From Octopus vulgaris (lineage: Eukaryota): DNA of 64,000 bases. The notes under the pieces are model-generated. The model did no database searches. It saw only the letters and a program-made list of their open reading frames with translations, and was not told where the DNA came from. Position 1 is the stretch's first letter. The number at the start of each line of letters is the position of its first letter. The position numbers and the translations under genes are program-made. Location: assembly GCA_951406725.2 (NCBI GenBank), contig OX597816.1:39804001-39868000 (forward strand), read 5' to 3'. Positions 14,144-27,829 of this stretch are shown piece after piece.

Positions 14144-16461
14144 TGTGTGTGTGAGTTTGTGTGTGTGTATGTATATATATATGTATATATATGTGTATGT
14201 GTGTTTGTGTGTGTGTATGTTTGTGTGTGGGTGTGTATGTATTTGTTTGTGTGTATGTGTGTGTATGTAATGTACGCATTCATATTTATCACGCTTAGTT
14301 TTTGCCGAGTAGGATATACTCTGCTGATGAGGTGTCCTTAGACTGATACTTTTCACCAGTTAACTTTCAAGACCAGATTCATTTTATTTGCATCGCCTAT
14401 ACCAGGAATGGACAACCTTTTCGAGCATTGGATCACATTATATATGACTCATCATAAGGTGGCTTGCACAAATAAAATAAAATTCAGAGTAATTTTTCGC
14501 TAAGGGAACCTCAGCCAATTTCTCTACATAAGACCATACGTTTAAGAATCTGTCTTAGACATAAAGAAAGAGATTATGTTTTCTTCAGAGAATAAGATTT
14601 TTATCTATAATTAAAAAATTTGACACCTTGGTATAATATTATCACAGCTGACTGTGATTAACACACGTTTCTATCGTGATACTTTATAGAATAATTAAAT
14701 GTAAAAATGAATACTTGAAAAAAAGCCGGTGTCTTATATAAGAATATCTTTGTGTTCCGTGTATGGAAGAAAAAAATTTGCTATTACATAATCCGTGTAT
14801 GAAAATCTTTTTCAAAATATTGTTTAAATCATGTGCACATTTTTATAATTTAACTATTAGATAATTTTATTGGTTACTTGTAAATTGAAAGCTAAATTTA
14901 ATATCAAAATAAACATAACTAGTAAGATCTGCTGCTAATTTATTCATTTGACTATTCAAGCAAATTTATTTTTTAAAAATTATTTCTTCACGAGAATAAA
15001 ATATGAACGTTTTCCTTTTCTGGAGCAAAAAATTGTTCACATGTATGGTCTTCCTTTGTGAAAATCAGACATGATTTAAAATGCTGAAAACGCTATCTAC
15101 AACGAAGTGTTACAAAATTCATGGAGCATTGTACTTAATCATTGTTATATAAGTGAAGTGGTTTAGTCGAAGTTTTAAGCTATGTTACTGGAGCTGAGAT
15201 GTGATATCCTAATTAAAAGGAAGTACTCTTTAAAAAAAGGGAAATAGGAATACAAATGAACGTGACCCGACAAGTTAGGTGAGGTATAACGTTTGAAATA
15301 CTGTGAATAAAAAATGAGCAGCCATAGACAAGGAAAACAGTGCTACAAAAAAAAACATACAATGATTAAGATACTGTCTAATAAAATACAGACGAGAAAC
15401 ATCGTTTTATTATTTGTCATTGATGTAAGTAGAAATGTTTCTCTCGCAAAGTTTTAATGAGAAACTTGGCTTCGTTCTAATTTATTTTACAACTTAACCA
15501 ATATCTACAGATATTTGCGATGCTGAATATTTTCATTCTAGATAACATTTCGCATTTATACGTACTACTAAATATGGTGGCAAATCTTGTAGCGGAGCAC
15601 ACTATTTAGGGGTAGTTTTCTTTAGGTGGAGTTCCTTAAGACTGTAATAAAATGTTCGTTTTTAAATTTTTGCCGAATGAATTCATCCCTCTGAAGTTCA
15701 ATTATTTCCATTGGCAGTGCTTTTCGTGCTATTTTTTCAACAACAGTATTAAAAAGGTTTTCGAAAAGATTAAAATCAGCTTCTCTAGTTTTGAAGTCCT
15801 TGAATCTGATATTCAGGTTTTCTTTCAACTCATTTAATTCCTCAGCAAAATCATTGTATCCAGCTCCGCCGTGATTGATTACTGTAGGGAAACGGAGGAC
15901 GTCATCAGTCTTGAGCTGATTTTTCCAAATTTGAAGATTTGTTTCAAAAGCTTTGGCACAAAAATACATCTTATGAATCAACTGATTTTACTTTTGAAAT
16001 TTTAAATTGAGATTAAAAAAAAGTGCAAGGTCACGATTCCAGCTATCATCTTTTAGCTCGTGAACAAGTTTAAACTTCATTTCTAAGAAGTCGCATAACT
16101 CTTCTCTGGGTAGCCTTAAGCAACTTCCCTTAACTTTGCCAGCTAATTACACTGTAGTAAACCAGATTACGATATTCTGATTAAAGTTCTTTTAAAAACA
16201 CCTCTTTAAAATAGTGATGATTAAGAGCTTATGATTTTGTCAAATTCATGGTTGAAACAATCATAAATGAATCGTTGCAAAGTTGCTGCTTGTTAAATTC
16301 AAAAAAATGTTAATTCATCTTTTAATTCGGATAGAAAGACTATCTTGGACCTAACCATCGCTGGAGTCCCGTCTGTTGCTGAACCTTTCAAGCGGGAGAT
16401 TCAACTTAGTTGCTGCTTTCGTTGTAAAAAACTTATTCATAAATCTTATATCCTACAACGG

Positions 16462-17151
16462 GTGGAGGCGCAATGGCCCAGTGGTTAGGGCAGCGGACTC
16501 GCGGTCATAGGATCGCGGTTTCGATTCCCAGACCGAGCGAAAACACCTAAAGCTTCCTGTTTCTGTTGTACCTGTATTTCAAAGGGCCGGCCTTGTCACT
16601 CTCTGTGTCACGCTGAATATCCCCGAGAACTACGTTAAGGGTACACGTGTCTGTGGAGTGCTCAGCCACTTACACGTTAATTTCACGAGCAGGCTGTTCC
16701 GTTGATTCGGATCAACCGGAACCCTCATCGTCGTAACCGACGGAGTGCTTCTTCTCTGTTTTGCTTTCTAATATGTCCTTTACATTTGTTGTACTTCTAA
16801 TCTTTTGAAGTTAATGCCGCTTAACCTCAAGTTTTTTTAAAAGCAAACATGTATATATAACGTGGACGCGCAATAGACCAGTGGTTATGGCACCGGACTC
16901 GCGGTTTTGATTCCCAGACCGAGCGTTGTGTGTGTTTATTGAGCGAAAACACCTAAAAGCTCCACGAGGCTCCGGCGATGGGTGGTGACGACTCCTGTGG
17001 TACTCTTTCGCCACAACTTTCTCTCACTCTCTCTTCCTGTTTCTTGACTAACGCTGCGATGGACTGGCGTCCCGACCAGCTGGGGAGAACACATACGCCA
17101 CAGAAACCGGGAAACCGAGCCCATGAGCCTGGCTAGGCTTGAGAAGGGCGA
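16462..17151 (+). mobile_element. Two SINE family B copies (16462-16751 internally deleted; 16862-17151 alternative tail)
   Basis: Head homology to family B; the tail of the second copy matches 20357-20661. Confidence 0.8.
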
Positions 17152-17219
17152 CATTTATCGTTGTATATATAACATATTAAACATTCTGGTCTGTTTTTTT
17201 ATTATTACTTCAACAAGAA

Positions 17220-17432
17220 GGCGGCGAGCTGGCAGAAACGTTAGCATGTTGGTCGAAATGCTTAGCGGTATTTCGTCTGCCGTTACGTTCTGAGTTCAAA
17301 CTCCGCCGAGGTCGACTTTGCCTTTCATCCTTTCGGGGTCGATAAATTAAGTACCAGTTGCGTACTGAGGTCGATGTAATCGACTGTCTCCCTGCCCCCA
17401 AATTTCGGGCCTTGTACCTAGAGTAGAAAAGA
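17220..17432 (+). mobile_element. SINE family C monomer
   Basis: ggcggcgagctggcagaaacgttagc head. Other monomers at 47126-47356 (-), 50021-50250 (-) and 62048-62250 (+). Confidence 0.85.
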
Positions 17433-17554
17433 TTATTACTTCAGCAAAGAAATAATCATCAGTCCACTTTTTCTGGAATTTTCTCATTTCTTCGGAAATC
17501 TTCCTGATTTTAGAAGCCAAGAGCTGTGATATCTTCTTATTTTCTATTTTTTAT

Positions 17555-17925
17555 CGGTTTCAGTCATTTGACTTCGGCCATGCTGGGGCACCACCTTGAA
17601 GAATCTCTTAGTTGAATGAATCGAACTTAGTACTTATTTTTTTTAAAGCCTGGTAAATCGATCTCTTTTGCCGAACAGCTAGGTAACAGGAACATAAACA
17701 CACCAATAACGGTTGTCAAGTGGTTGTCGGGACAAACACAGATACGAAGACACACACACATACTCACATATACGATGGTCTTCTTTCAGTTTCCGTCTAC
17801 CAAATCCACTCACAAGGTTTTGGTCAGCTCGTGGCTATAGTAGAAGACACTTGCCCAAAGTACCATGCAGTGGGACTGAACCCGGAACCATGTGGTTTTG
17901 AAGCAAACTTCTTACCACACAGTCG
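17555..17925 (-). mobile_element. SINE family A (diverged)
   Basis: Homology to family A. Confidence 0.8.
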
Positions 17926-19230
17926 CGTCAACTTATATGTGTTCAATTTTCACTGCTGATGGTTAAGATAATTAATCATAACAAGTTGTTATAAGAAGTG
18001 GAAACAGGAAATTGAACATTAAATCAATAATTTTCATTCGTTGTTATAATGTCTTCAGTAGAGATGCCACTTTTAAAGCCTTACCCTCTTGATTGCTTGA
18101 ATGGTTGTTAATTAACTTTGCGACACTTTGATAAAAACGTGGGTGTCCGACAATTGCGTATATATTTTAATTTTTCTGACTGGTGTATCAATACAACTGG
18201 TATTAATAAGGTAGGCTAGTTGGGAATTCAATGGTTATTCCCCTTTAACACCAGCTTCCTTAAACCTCTGAGTGAACAAGTGAAAATGAAAAGAAAGAAA
18301 GAAAATTTAAATAAACGTTATTCTACTTATGAAATTAGGCGTAATCTTTAGAAAACCAAACGGGCCACAGTTTGCCTACAGCTGGTCTACACTGACCAAA
18401 GTATTATCTAATTTTATTTGAGTTATTTTCCTTGCTCGAGAGATATTGTTCGTTTGTTAATTGCTCCGATATTTTCAGTTGATCGAAGTTTATAATTCCT
18501 TATATTAAATATGTAAAACCGTATTGTGACAGACGTAATACTTGTAGGTAGAGATACAACGAACAGGAGGAATCAAGCACATGTCATTTAAATTATAATT
18601 GCTTTTCAAAATGCATATTTGACTTTGGGCCAATATCAGGAGATAAGCAGCTTGATAATTACGATTGTTTTAGATTCTTATGTTTAAAATAAAACAACAA
18701 ACGATTTAGTTGACAGTAGCTGTTTGCCAGCTATTTAGATATTAATCCTCGCTTTCTCCTCCATTTCACCCCCCCCCCCCTCGCCTCTTCTTTTCATATC
18801 CATCATGACTCTCGGCAGTAGATCATTATCATTACCAACAGCATTGTTTTCGTTTGTCGTTTTCTTTTTCTAAGTCATTTTACCAAGTAATTTTTTTTAA
18901 TTGCATTTACTTAGTGATTCTTTGAAAGCTATGTCAGTTAGTAAGCTTTCAAAGCCATGTTTCATTAATGAGGTTGTAATAATATGGAAACACGGTTGGA
19001 ATCGTCTCCCTTACTATCCGAAAAAAAAAACGAAAAAAAAAATGGTAGCAATTGGCTAATGTAGTATTCTTCACATCACATAATCATTTCTTGCTGGTTT
19101 TTCACAGCTCTGCATTAAATATGTTGATACTTTGTCTCATGTTTCAAATACATAGGCATTTTTTATATCTTAAGGATGGGGGTTTGTTTCTAGACACAAC
19201 TCATCCAAATTAAGCAGCTCTTGTGTAGAA

Positions 19231-19771
19231 CAGAGGTTTCCAAACTGGAATAAATTTACCTCAGGAGGTAGATTTCATGAACCTCGAGGATAAATTTTGC
19301 CTATTTAGGAAGTAAATTATGCCTACTCGGGGGTAAGTTTGCTGATTCTGGATTTATAAGTATGTATTTTTCATTTATTTTTATAAATGTGATGTTGAAA
19401 AAACAATTTAAAATAAGCTTATTTTGAGAAAAATTCTAAATTCCACCCCCTTTTCTCTCTGTTTGGATTGAATAAACATCTTAATTACTGTGTTTCTACT
19501 AATCAAATAGTCTAATTCACAATTCTGCGTTTGGTTCTGGTATTTGTTTACTCTTAGTTCATAAATAAGAGAAATAAACATTATTAAAAGCTGTTTTTAT
19601 AATTTAAATTTACCAGTGTTTTTAATTTCCTTTTTATTGGTTGCTTTATTATAGTAAAACTATAAACTCAAATTACTGAACAAAACAGAGTCGTAGTGGT
19701 GATAGTGGGATAAATTTGCTTTCAAATCGATGCCAGTGGGTAGATGGAAGAAGAAAGTTTAGGAATTCCTG
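19231..19771. mobile_element. Non-autonomous hAT-like element
   Basis: Imperfect TIRs cagaggtttccaaact / agtttaggaattcctg; subterminal ggtaaa(tt) repeats; TSD not clean. Confidence 0.5.
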
Positions 19772-20356
19772 GTAGAGGATCTGTATGTCATACGATTGCT
19801 GTCGCTTGCCTATTTACATATCAAGTAACAACAGCTGTTTGTTACGTTGCTATGATAATGTAAACGATTCATATGATTGCTTATGCTGTATTCTTTAGTA
19901 ATGATTGTTTGTAACATTGCTACTGGAAAGAGACATTCTTTTGAATCGAAGAGTTCTATTGAAATAAAGCTATCACAACAGCTGTGTGTACTGCAAGAGA
20001 TTGAATGAAAGTTACCAGATAAATTCATTGCCACATGTTATTTCATTTCCGCTTGATAATAGTTTCAGTAATTTTAATATCAAATAACAAAAGCCGAATC
20101 ATACTGGGCCACAATGTAAGAATCGAAAATCGTATCATGAGAACAACGAAGCCGCGAACATCACATTGGTATGTCACTTTAATTAGGAAAAAGAAAGAAA
20201 CTAAATGAAAAAATGATTCATAAATTATAGACTGTCATAACTTTATACTGTCAAGTTATACACCGTCAAAACTTTCTATCGTCAAATTATACACCGTCAT
20301 AAATTATAGAAAGTCATAAATTATACACCATCATAAATTATTTTTTTTATTTATTT

Positions 20357-20661
20357 ATGCGCCCTCTTCAAGCCTAGCCAGGCTCACGGACCCGGTTTCC
20401 TAGTTTCTGTGGCGTATGTGTTCCCCCCAGCTGGACGGGATGCCAGTGCATCGCAGCGTTACTCAAGAAGCAGGAAGAGAGAGTGAGAGAAAGATGGGGC
20501 GAAAGAGTACAACAGGGGTCGTCACCACCCCCTGCTGTAGCCTCGTGGAGCTTTTGGGTGTTTTCGCTCAATAAACACACACAACGGCCGGTCTGGGAAT
20601 CGAAACCGTGATCCTCCGACCGTGAGTCCGCTGCCCTAACCACTGGGCCATTGCGCCTCCC
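20357..20661 (-). mobile_element. SINE family B, alternative tail
   Basis: Family B head with the same 3' module as 16862-17151. Confidence 0.8.
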
Positions 20662-21507
20662 ATCATAAATTATACAACGCATAAATTATACAACGTCATA
20701 AATCATACATCGTTATAAGTTATACAGTATCACAGTTGATCCGATCAACAGAACAGCCTGCTTGTAAATTTAACGTGCTGAGGACTCCACAGACACGCGT
20801 ACCCTTAACGTAGTTCTCATGGATATTCGGAGTGACACAGAATGTGACAAGGCTGGCTCTTTGAAATACAGGTACTACTCATTTTTGCCAGCTGAGTGGA
20901 CTACAGCAACGTGAAATAAAAGTGCCTTGCTCAAGGGCACAAATCGCCGCGAATTGAACTTACGACCTTACAATCATGAGCCGAATACGCTAGCTACGCG
21001 CCTTCAGATATTGTAAATTACAAACGTCATATATTAAAGAAACAAATTATAGAACGACATAAATGATATCGTAAATTATACAACGTCATAAATTATATGT
21101 AGAATTATACAATGTCGTAAATAATAGTCATAAATTATGGAACATCACACATTATACAAAATGTAAAATTTACTACAAAATAAATTATGCAATGTTGTAA
21201 ATCAATGTTTCCCCAATGTGTGACCTGGCAAAATTCATTGTAGCCCCAAAGAAATTTTGGAATTAGGGGATAGGCAAAGGCTCAATAAAGAGAGTCACAC
21301 AACTAAAATTCTGTCATTGTCTTTAACTTTTTAAAAGTCACTCGGGAAATATACGCATTCACATACACCATATACACAATGCATTTTCTATATCTTAAGT
21401 TCTGTCATGACTGAAAGAAATGGGATTTACTTGACAATTTGATATTTGACATATTTGACATATTTGACAATTTGATATTTGACATATTTGACATATTTGA
21501 CAATTTG

Positions 21508-21596
21508 ACATATTTTAAAATTGGGACGATACAGAGAAGATTAGCATGGCCCCTGCGCAAGGATGATACGCAAATTCGCGAAGCGTTCCATATTTT
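21508..21596 (+). pseudogene. U6: 5'-truncated U6 snRNA copy
   Basis: acatattttaaaattgggacgatacagagaagattagcatggcccctgcgcaaggatgatacgcaaattcgcgaagcgttccatatttt matches canonical U6 from about nt 18 to the 3' U-tract, with about 5 differences. ACAGAGA box and AGC triad present; 5' stem-loop absent. Confidence 0.95.
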
Positions 21597-22012
21597 ATAG
21601 GCGCAGGAGTGGCTGTGTGGTAAGTAGCTTGCTTACCAGCCACATGGTTCCGGGTTCAGTCCCACTGCGTGGCACCTTGGGCAAATGTCTTCTACTATAG
21701 CCTCAGGTCGACCAAAGCTTTATGAGTGGATTTGGTGGACGGAAACTGAAAGAAGCCCGTCGTATATATGTATATATATATATATGTATGTGTGTGTATA
21801 TGTTGTGTGTCTGTGTTTGTCCCCCCCAACATCGCTTGACAACCGATGCTGGTATGATTAGGTCCCCGTAACATAGCGGTTCGGCAAAATAGCCCGATAG
21901 AATAAGTACTAGGCTTACAAAGAATAAGTCCTGGGATCGATTTGATTCGACTAAAGGCGGTGCTCCAGCATGGTCGCAGTCACATGACTGAAACAAGTAA
22001 AGTAAAGTGAAG
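21597..22012 (+). mobile_element. SINE family A, full length, directly fused to the U6 copy
   Basis: ataggcgcaggagtggctgtgtggtaag ... gactgaaacaagtaaagtaaagt. Confidence 0.9.
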
Positions 22013-25000
22013 TATAATTTATCATTGATGAATAAAGTATTAAGCTGTCATTGGACAGTCTTGTATGAATTAAATACTATGTTACTGTTTTGAAGTTCAT
22101 ACATCTGGTGACAATCTCTAAGGGTTATTGCCTGTGTTGCTTCATTGAACTTTGCAAGTGTTATAATATTTCCGAGTGGGAAGCAGCTTGAAGAAGAAAT
22201 CCAAACTGCCAAATATGGCATATTCTACCATTCAGATATATTTGAGAAGCTGAATTTACTGAACAAACTGCTGCAAGGTAAAAGTATAAATCTTTTAGTT
22301 TAAGAAGAGGCTACTAGTGCTTTACTTGGAAAACTTAATCTATTCAGGATAAATATTGAGCATAAAAAGTTAATGCATTTTGCAACTCTTACCCCTATTG
22401 AGGAGGAGCTGCAAGAGGATGATATTTTAGTGTACTTTGAGCACTTGAAGAAATTGTACAATGATAAGGAAATTAGATTCAAAGCTCTACTGGAAATGTA
22501 CATTCCAAATTGGATGGTAGACCCATTTGGGACAAATGCAGCTGATGTTGTTCAAGCTAAATTTTATCATCAGCTCAAAAACTTATAAACAAAAACTTAT
22601 AAACAAAAACTTATAAACTTACTATAAAATCTTCATTGATTTGACAGTAAGTAAAATTATATTTCATTGTCTTTCTTAATCTTTTTCCAAGCTGTGTCGG
22701 GGTTTAGCCGAGTGTCTTTCTTACTACCAAAAACTTGCAATGACTTATAAAATGTAAGCAGAGGTGATATTCATTTGTTTCTAACAACCATGGACACTTG
22801 ATATCAAAATATTGGGAAATTGCATCAGCCACAAGGATATCACTGAATAAATACAGTAAAAAGGAAATTTTGTTTTTATTATTTTGCAAAAGGATTTTAT
22901 TTTTGCGCTGAAAAAATGGATAATTGTATTTGAAGTTATTAAGTTTTCTAGATGTTAGAAGTTATGGTTGTTTTATTGAACACGCAAAATATTTATTTTT
23001 GTTTTTGTGAAATATAATAGAGAATAAATGAGCAATTAATGGACACTGATATTTTTATGGAGTTTATTATATTAAAGGTAGAAAACACTTCATTTTTGAA
23101 AAAGAATTTTTTTTAATGTTTATTTATGAATTTTTGTTCAGAAATTGTTTTCATTACAAATTATCAATGTTTAAATATTCATAGAAATAAATTTTATGAT
23201 AATAAAACTAATTTAGAGCAATTAATATTTTAAATGTTGTTATTATTCAATAAATGTTACAAATTGTATTTTTAATAAAGGTTTTTATTTTTTGAAAACA
23301 GACCTGTCTCTACTATTAACCATTTGTTACAAAACTGAGGCACATGTTTTACTAATAATGTCCAGGGGATGTAGAAAAGATGTACAAAAGATTCGAAGGG
23401 AGAAGGAGTCATAAACTAAAAAAGTTGGAAACCACTGTGTAACTTATACAAAGCTATAAATTATACGTAGCATTATAGAATGTAGTAAATTGTAAGTCAT
23501 AAATAAAACAACGTCTTAAATTACACAATGTTAAATTATACGACGTCATAAGTTATATATCACAAATTATGCCACGTCATAAATTATACAACGTCATAAA
23601 TTACATGTCATAAATTATAAAATATCATATAGTATACAACGCCATATATTATACAATGTCATAAATTATACAAAATCACAGATAATAACACCATCGTAAA
23701 TTCTATAACGTAGTAATTATAATGCAACACCACAAATTCTACAATTCACAAAGTAAGGTTTATGACCATAAGATACCGATCTTGGAACTAGTTTGACGAG
23801 ATTATATTAAGTTCAGTGTTTTCTCCAAAACCTTAGCGCAGCAATGCTACAGTATACAAGCCAAAGACTATTTCGTCTCAAGGACTCAAGTCTATCAAAC
23901 ATTCCAATTTAATATATTAACGCCGTGCAAATACTTTCCATTGAACAGCAGCTAGCTGGTGCATTAACGGTCAAAAATTAGGTCTGTATATCTATCTAGG
24001 TCTGTAAATTACGAACTTTAATACTAACGGCGCTTGTCACACTTTCAGTTCCTTTGTCAAAAACTCAATTGTAACAAGACAACAAAAGAATCTCGTCCTG
24101 CTAGAAATAGTCTCAAATTTGCTTCTAATCACACTCGGCTGTTTTACAACAGAAAAAAAAACACTTTCTATAATGTAGACCTGGATATACAATGCCGGCC
24201 GAAAATGTCGGAAGTATCACAGCTTGAGCGCCTTCAATAATAGAGTTGTAAATCTATTATTATGAGGAGATAAACAGAAACAATAAAGACCCAGTTATGA
24301 TTGCCAATTTCATAATTATCCATTCCAAATATATCTGTTATACAACTGCAGCCGAGTAAAACTTTACTAATGACCAATTAGTAATCGCCTATGTACACAT
24401 TAACTTCTTCATTCTAAGCGATTTCTCACAAAAGCGTTAATGAAAGAAAAGGCTACTCTATAAGTGACAGATAATACACTGATAAGAAAATAGTTGAAAA
24501 AAAAAAAAATCAAAACGCCATTTGCTGAATTCGACTGAATTCACTGAATATTTTGGAAAATTTATTCAGCAATGTCTCTGTTGTTTATTATCATCAGCAG
24601 CTGATCAATTACCAGGACAATGGCTTAATGAATAAAAGACGAATTAGAGTCTGTGATTTATATTAATAGTTCACAATAGTTCAATACGAATTCGAGGGAA
24701 TTATAACAAGGAATCCCTTGAAGTTGATTGGCAAATATACGAGTTATTGATGTGTTTAGCCTCAGATCAGTTTCTGATGAATATTCTATTATAAACTTGA
24801 GCAAATTTTGAATTCTCTTAATTGCGCACAAAATAGAATATTATATAATGTACTCTTCAATGATTTCGTTCTGTCAAATGTATCCCCACTACGTCTAAGC
24901 AGTGCATCTAATTAATTGTTAATTTATAACTGATATTCATTAATTCGACACATTTAAGTATGAATATTAAAGCACGAATTAATCTTTTCTTGAATTTCAA

Positions 25001-25730
25001 TTATGAACATTTTAGGTAAAAGCAAAATCCATAAATCATTTAAATCGTTTGTTATTCTTTTTTACATAAATAATATGCATAAAATTTTGTGAATCTAGCC
25101 TGAAGTGTAATATTCCTGTTAGCCATTTTCAGCTGAGATCGATCTGTCGGCAGCACAATAGCTTAATGAATTCTTAGAGTTTCTGTAAGTTATATTAATA
25201 GTTCACAAAAGTTCAATACCAATTCGAAGAATTATAATAGAATATCATTCGAGGTTGATTAGTAAATATATCACTTGCAGATATGTTTTGCTCGTAAACA
25301 ATTGCTATTGGAGCAGACCTATGATCTAGGATCACTGTCTTTTTTTTTTGTTTTTAGATATAGTATATCTAAGACTACATTGTCTAATATGTCCTGCCTT
25401 TTTTAAGGTGGTGGAACATTATTTGAGGGAGACTATGCTACTATTTTAACAGGTCTAATTACTGAGTAAAGTCTCTCACATCAACAAGTATTTTCTTCTC
25501 TTTCTTCTTTATTTTTACATCTTCCAGTTATTGGTCTGTGGCCATGCTGGGATACCGTGGAATACCGCTATGAAGTGTTTTAGCCGAACAAATCGATCTC
25601 AATATTTATTTTTTAAGTTTGGTACTTATTCTACCAGCTTCTTTTGCTGAACCGTTAAGTAACGGGGAGGTCAACAAACCAACTCCGATCGACCATCGGT
25701 GTGGAGGACAAACACAAATATACATACTTA

Positions 25731-25805
<75 letters not shown>

Positions 25806-26771
25806 TATTTAATAAACACAATATATGTGTTAAAAGTACTATCTGGCATGCTCTCAGCACATGAAACTAATAGTAGCTCATAAAAACATATATACTGTGT
25901 TTATTAAATAATATTTATCTCTTACCAGATGGAATATTTTTCTTTTTGTTGATCTTACCATCATGGAACAGAACACTATATATATATATATGTATATATA
26001 TAAAACTTACTTGGAAGAGGATGCGTGGCGTTCAGTCATATAATAATATAAATAATATATATATATATATATGTGCATATATACACACATATATGTACAT
26101 ACTAACATCTATATGTATATATATCTATGCATATGTGGGCGCAAGACGTCATGATTTGTGTACAACAACAAAAATACGAAGTACGAGTACATGGAATATG
26201 AACTATTTTTTCGTACAACGAAAGACAAATGGAAAACAAGACAAACAACATAAAGAACGACCCTTCATCAGTTGTTGGCTGTTTTTCTACTCTCGTATTT
26301 CGAGCATTTAACAACAATATACGCTTTCGATAAAACAGTTGCTCCCGCAAAGCAAATTAAATAAAATTTGGGACTTTGCGGAGGGTCAAAATTGGTAACA
26401 CAAACAGGAAAGGCTGCTAAGCCTAGACGAGGCGGTGGTGGCGAACGCGTAAATCAAGCTAGGACATGAGACAGACAAGAACATGTCTTCCTTGTTCCAG
26501 CTACAACGGAGAGAAAGAAACACGTTAGAAGAAAGATGGCCGATGGTCACGTGGGAGCCATGTAAGCAAGGGAGGAGGAGTGAGAGAGAGAGAGAGAGAG
26601 AGAGAGTGACAGTGTAACCGGATAGAATAGTGGGATAAGAGGAGGTAAAAGAATAAGAGAGAGAAAGAGAGAAAAATGAAAGAGTAAAAAGATCGTATAG
26701 AGTGCGCATCAGAATTATTAGGATAAAACTTACTTGGAAGAGGATGCGTGCCTTTCAGTCATAATAACATA

Positions 26772-26808
<37 letters not shown>

Positions 26809-26818
26809 CATACATACA

Positions 26819-26864
<46 letters not shown>

Positions 26865-26905
26865 AATATTTATATATATATCCATATATACATACGTATA
26901 TGTAC

Positions 26906-26974
<69 letters not shown>

Positions 26975-27288
26975 AATATATATATATATATCTGCGGGTG
27001 CTTCAGAGTGCATACGTAGATACATATATACGTATGTTTCCACTAATACATCTTTTGGACATAAACTTTCCTTATATACAACTCTACTGACTTTCTCATT
27101 GTTGATGCCGTTCCCTATATAGGCACAAATGTAATTTTTTCCCAAATAAACTGCACTTATTATTCAAGGCATCGATGAAGCTATAAGGTGTTATTTAGGC
27201 ACTCAACTATGAGTGAAACACATCTTTTGGCAAAAACAGCTTTAAGCTAATGAAGTTCCTAAAATAATAATTTATTCTTTTGTTATCT

Positions 27289-27349
<61 letters not shown>

Positions 27350-27829
27350 ACAGGTTAACTGGAAGAAATGCCGCTAAGCATTTTAACCGACGAGCTAACG
27401 ATTCTACCTGCTCACCGCCTTAGGTATACTGGAATATTATTCATATACATAATAAACACAACAGACTAAAAGCCTTGATCATGCTTCCGTTTTTGACATA
27501 GCGTTATTAGAACTATTCTTTTGAACATAACCATACACAAATTATAACTATACTTGCGTATTAGTTTCTAGCCTCAATTAATGTAGAAGGTAGAAGACCT
27601 CTAACATAATCTGTTTTATATTGCTCTAGCTATGATGTTTTAGCTTTAATTTTACTTGCCTTGATACATGATCTTTTCTGTTTATAGCGGTGTATATCAT
27701 AACTTTAACCTAATATTAACGAATGTTAAGTCGTAAGCTGTGTGAAATAATGGCTCATGTCTTTAAGCAGTTCACTACACTACTAAAGTAATAAGGAAAA
27801 GTAAAGAAAATATGGATAACTCGTAGCTC

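Larger units (their letters stand above)
14403..18384 (-). mobile_element. Degraded hAT (Buster/SPIN, GTF2IRD2-like) DNA transposon with nested SINEs
   Basis: TIR-like ends caggaatggacaac / gtttgcctacagctg; imperfect 8-bp TSD gcctatac/gtctacac; transposase remnants on minus (ATDGTPAM, KAFETNLQIW, RFKDF, MEIIELQ). Confidence 0.75.
21203..23437 (+). mobile_element. Degraded hAT (Buster-like) transposon inserted in the minisatellite
   Basis: Ends caatgtttccccaa / ttggaaaccactg; remnant DIFEKLNLLNKLLQG..KLNLF..EHLKKL..RFKAL..PNWMVDPF at about 22235-22550. Confidence 0.7.
20220..23750. repeat. Degenerate ~17-bp minisatellite (aaattatacaacgtcat)n, interrupted by SINEs and a hAT element
   Basis: Units visible at about 20220-20340, 20663-20730, 21013-21200 and 23440-23750. 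Confidence 0.8.

Noticed and set aside
14320-14360. ctgatgaggtgtccttagactgatac hammerhead-like string
   Set aside because: No GAAA core half and no convincing stem III.
20220-23750. Regularly spaced short repeats resembling a CRISPR array
   Set aside because: Degenerate contiguous 17-mers without unique spacers, in eukaryotic context with no cas genes.
25147-25158. tcggcagcaca matching the U6 5' region missing from the pseudogene
   Set aside because: Only 11 nt and 3.6 kb away; expected by chance.
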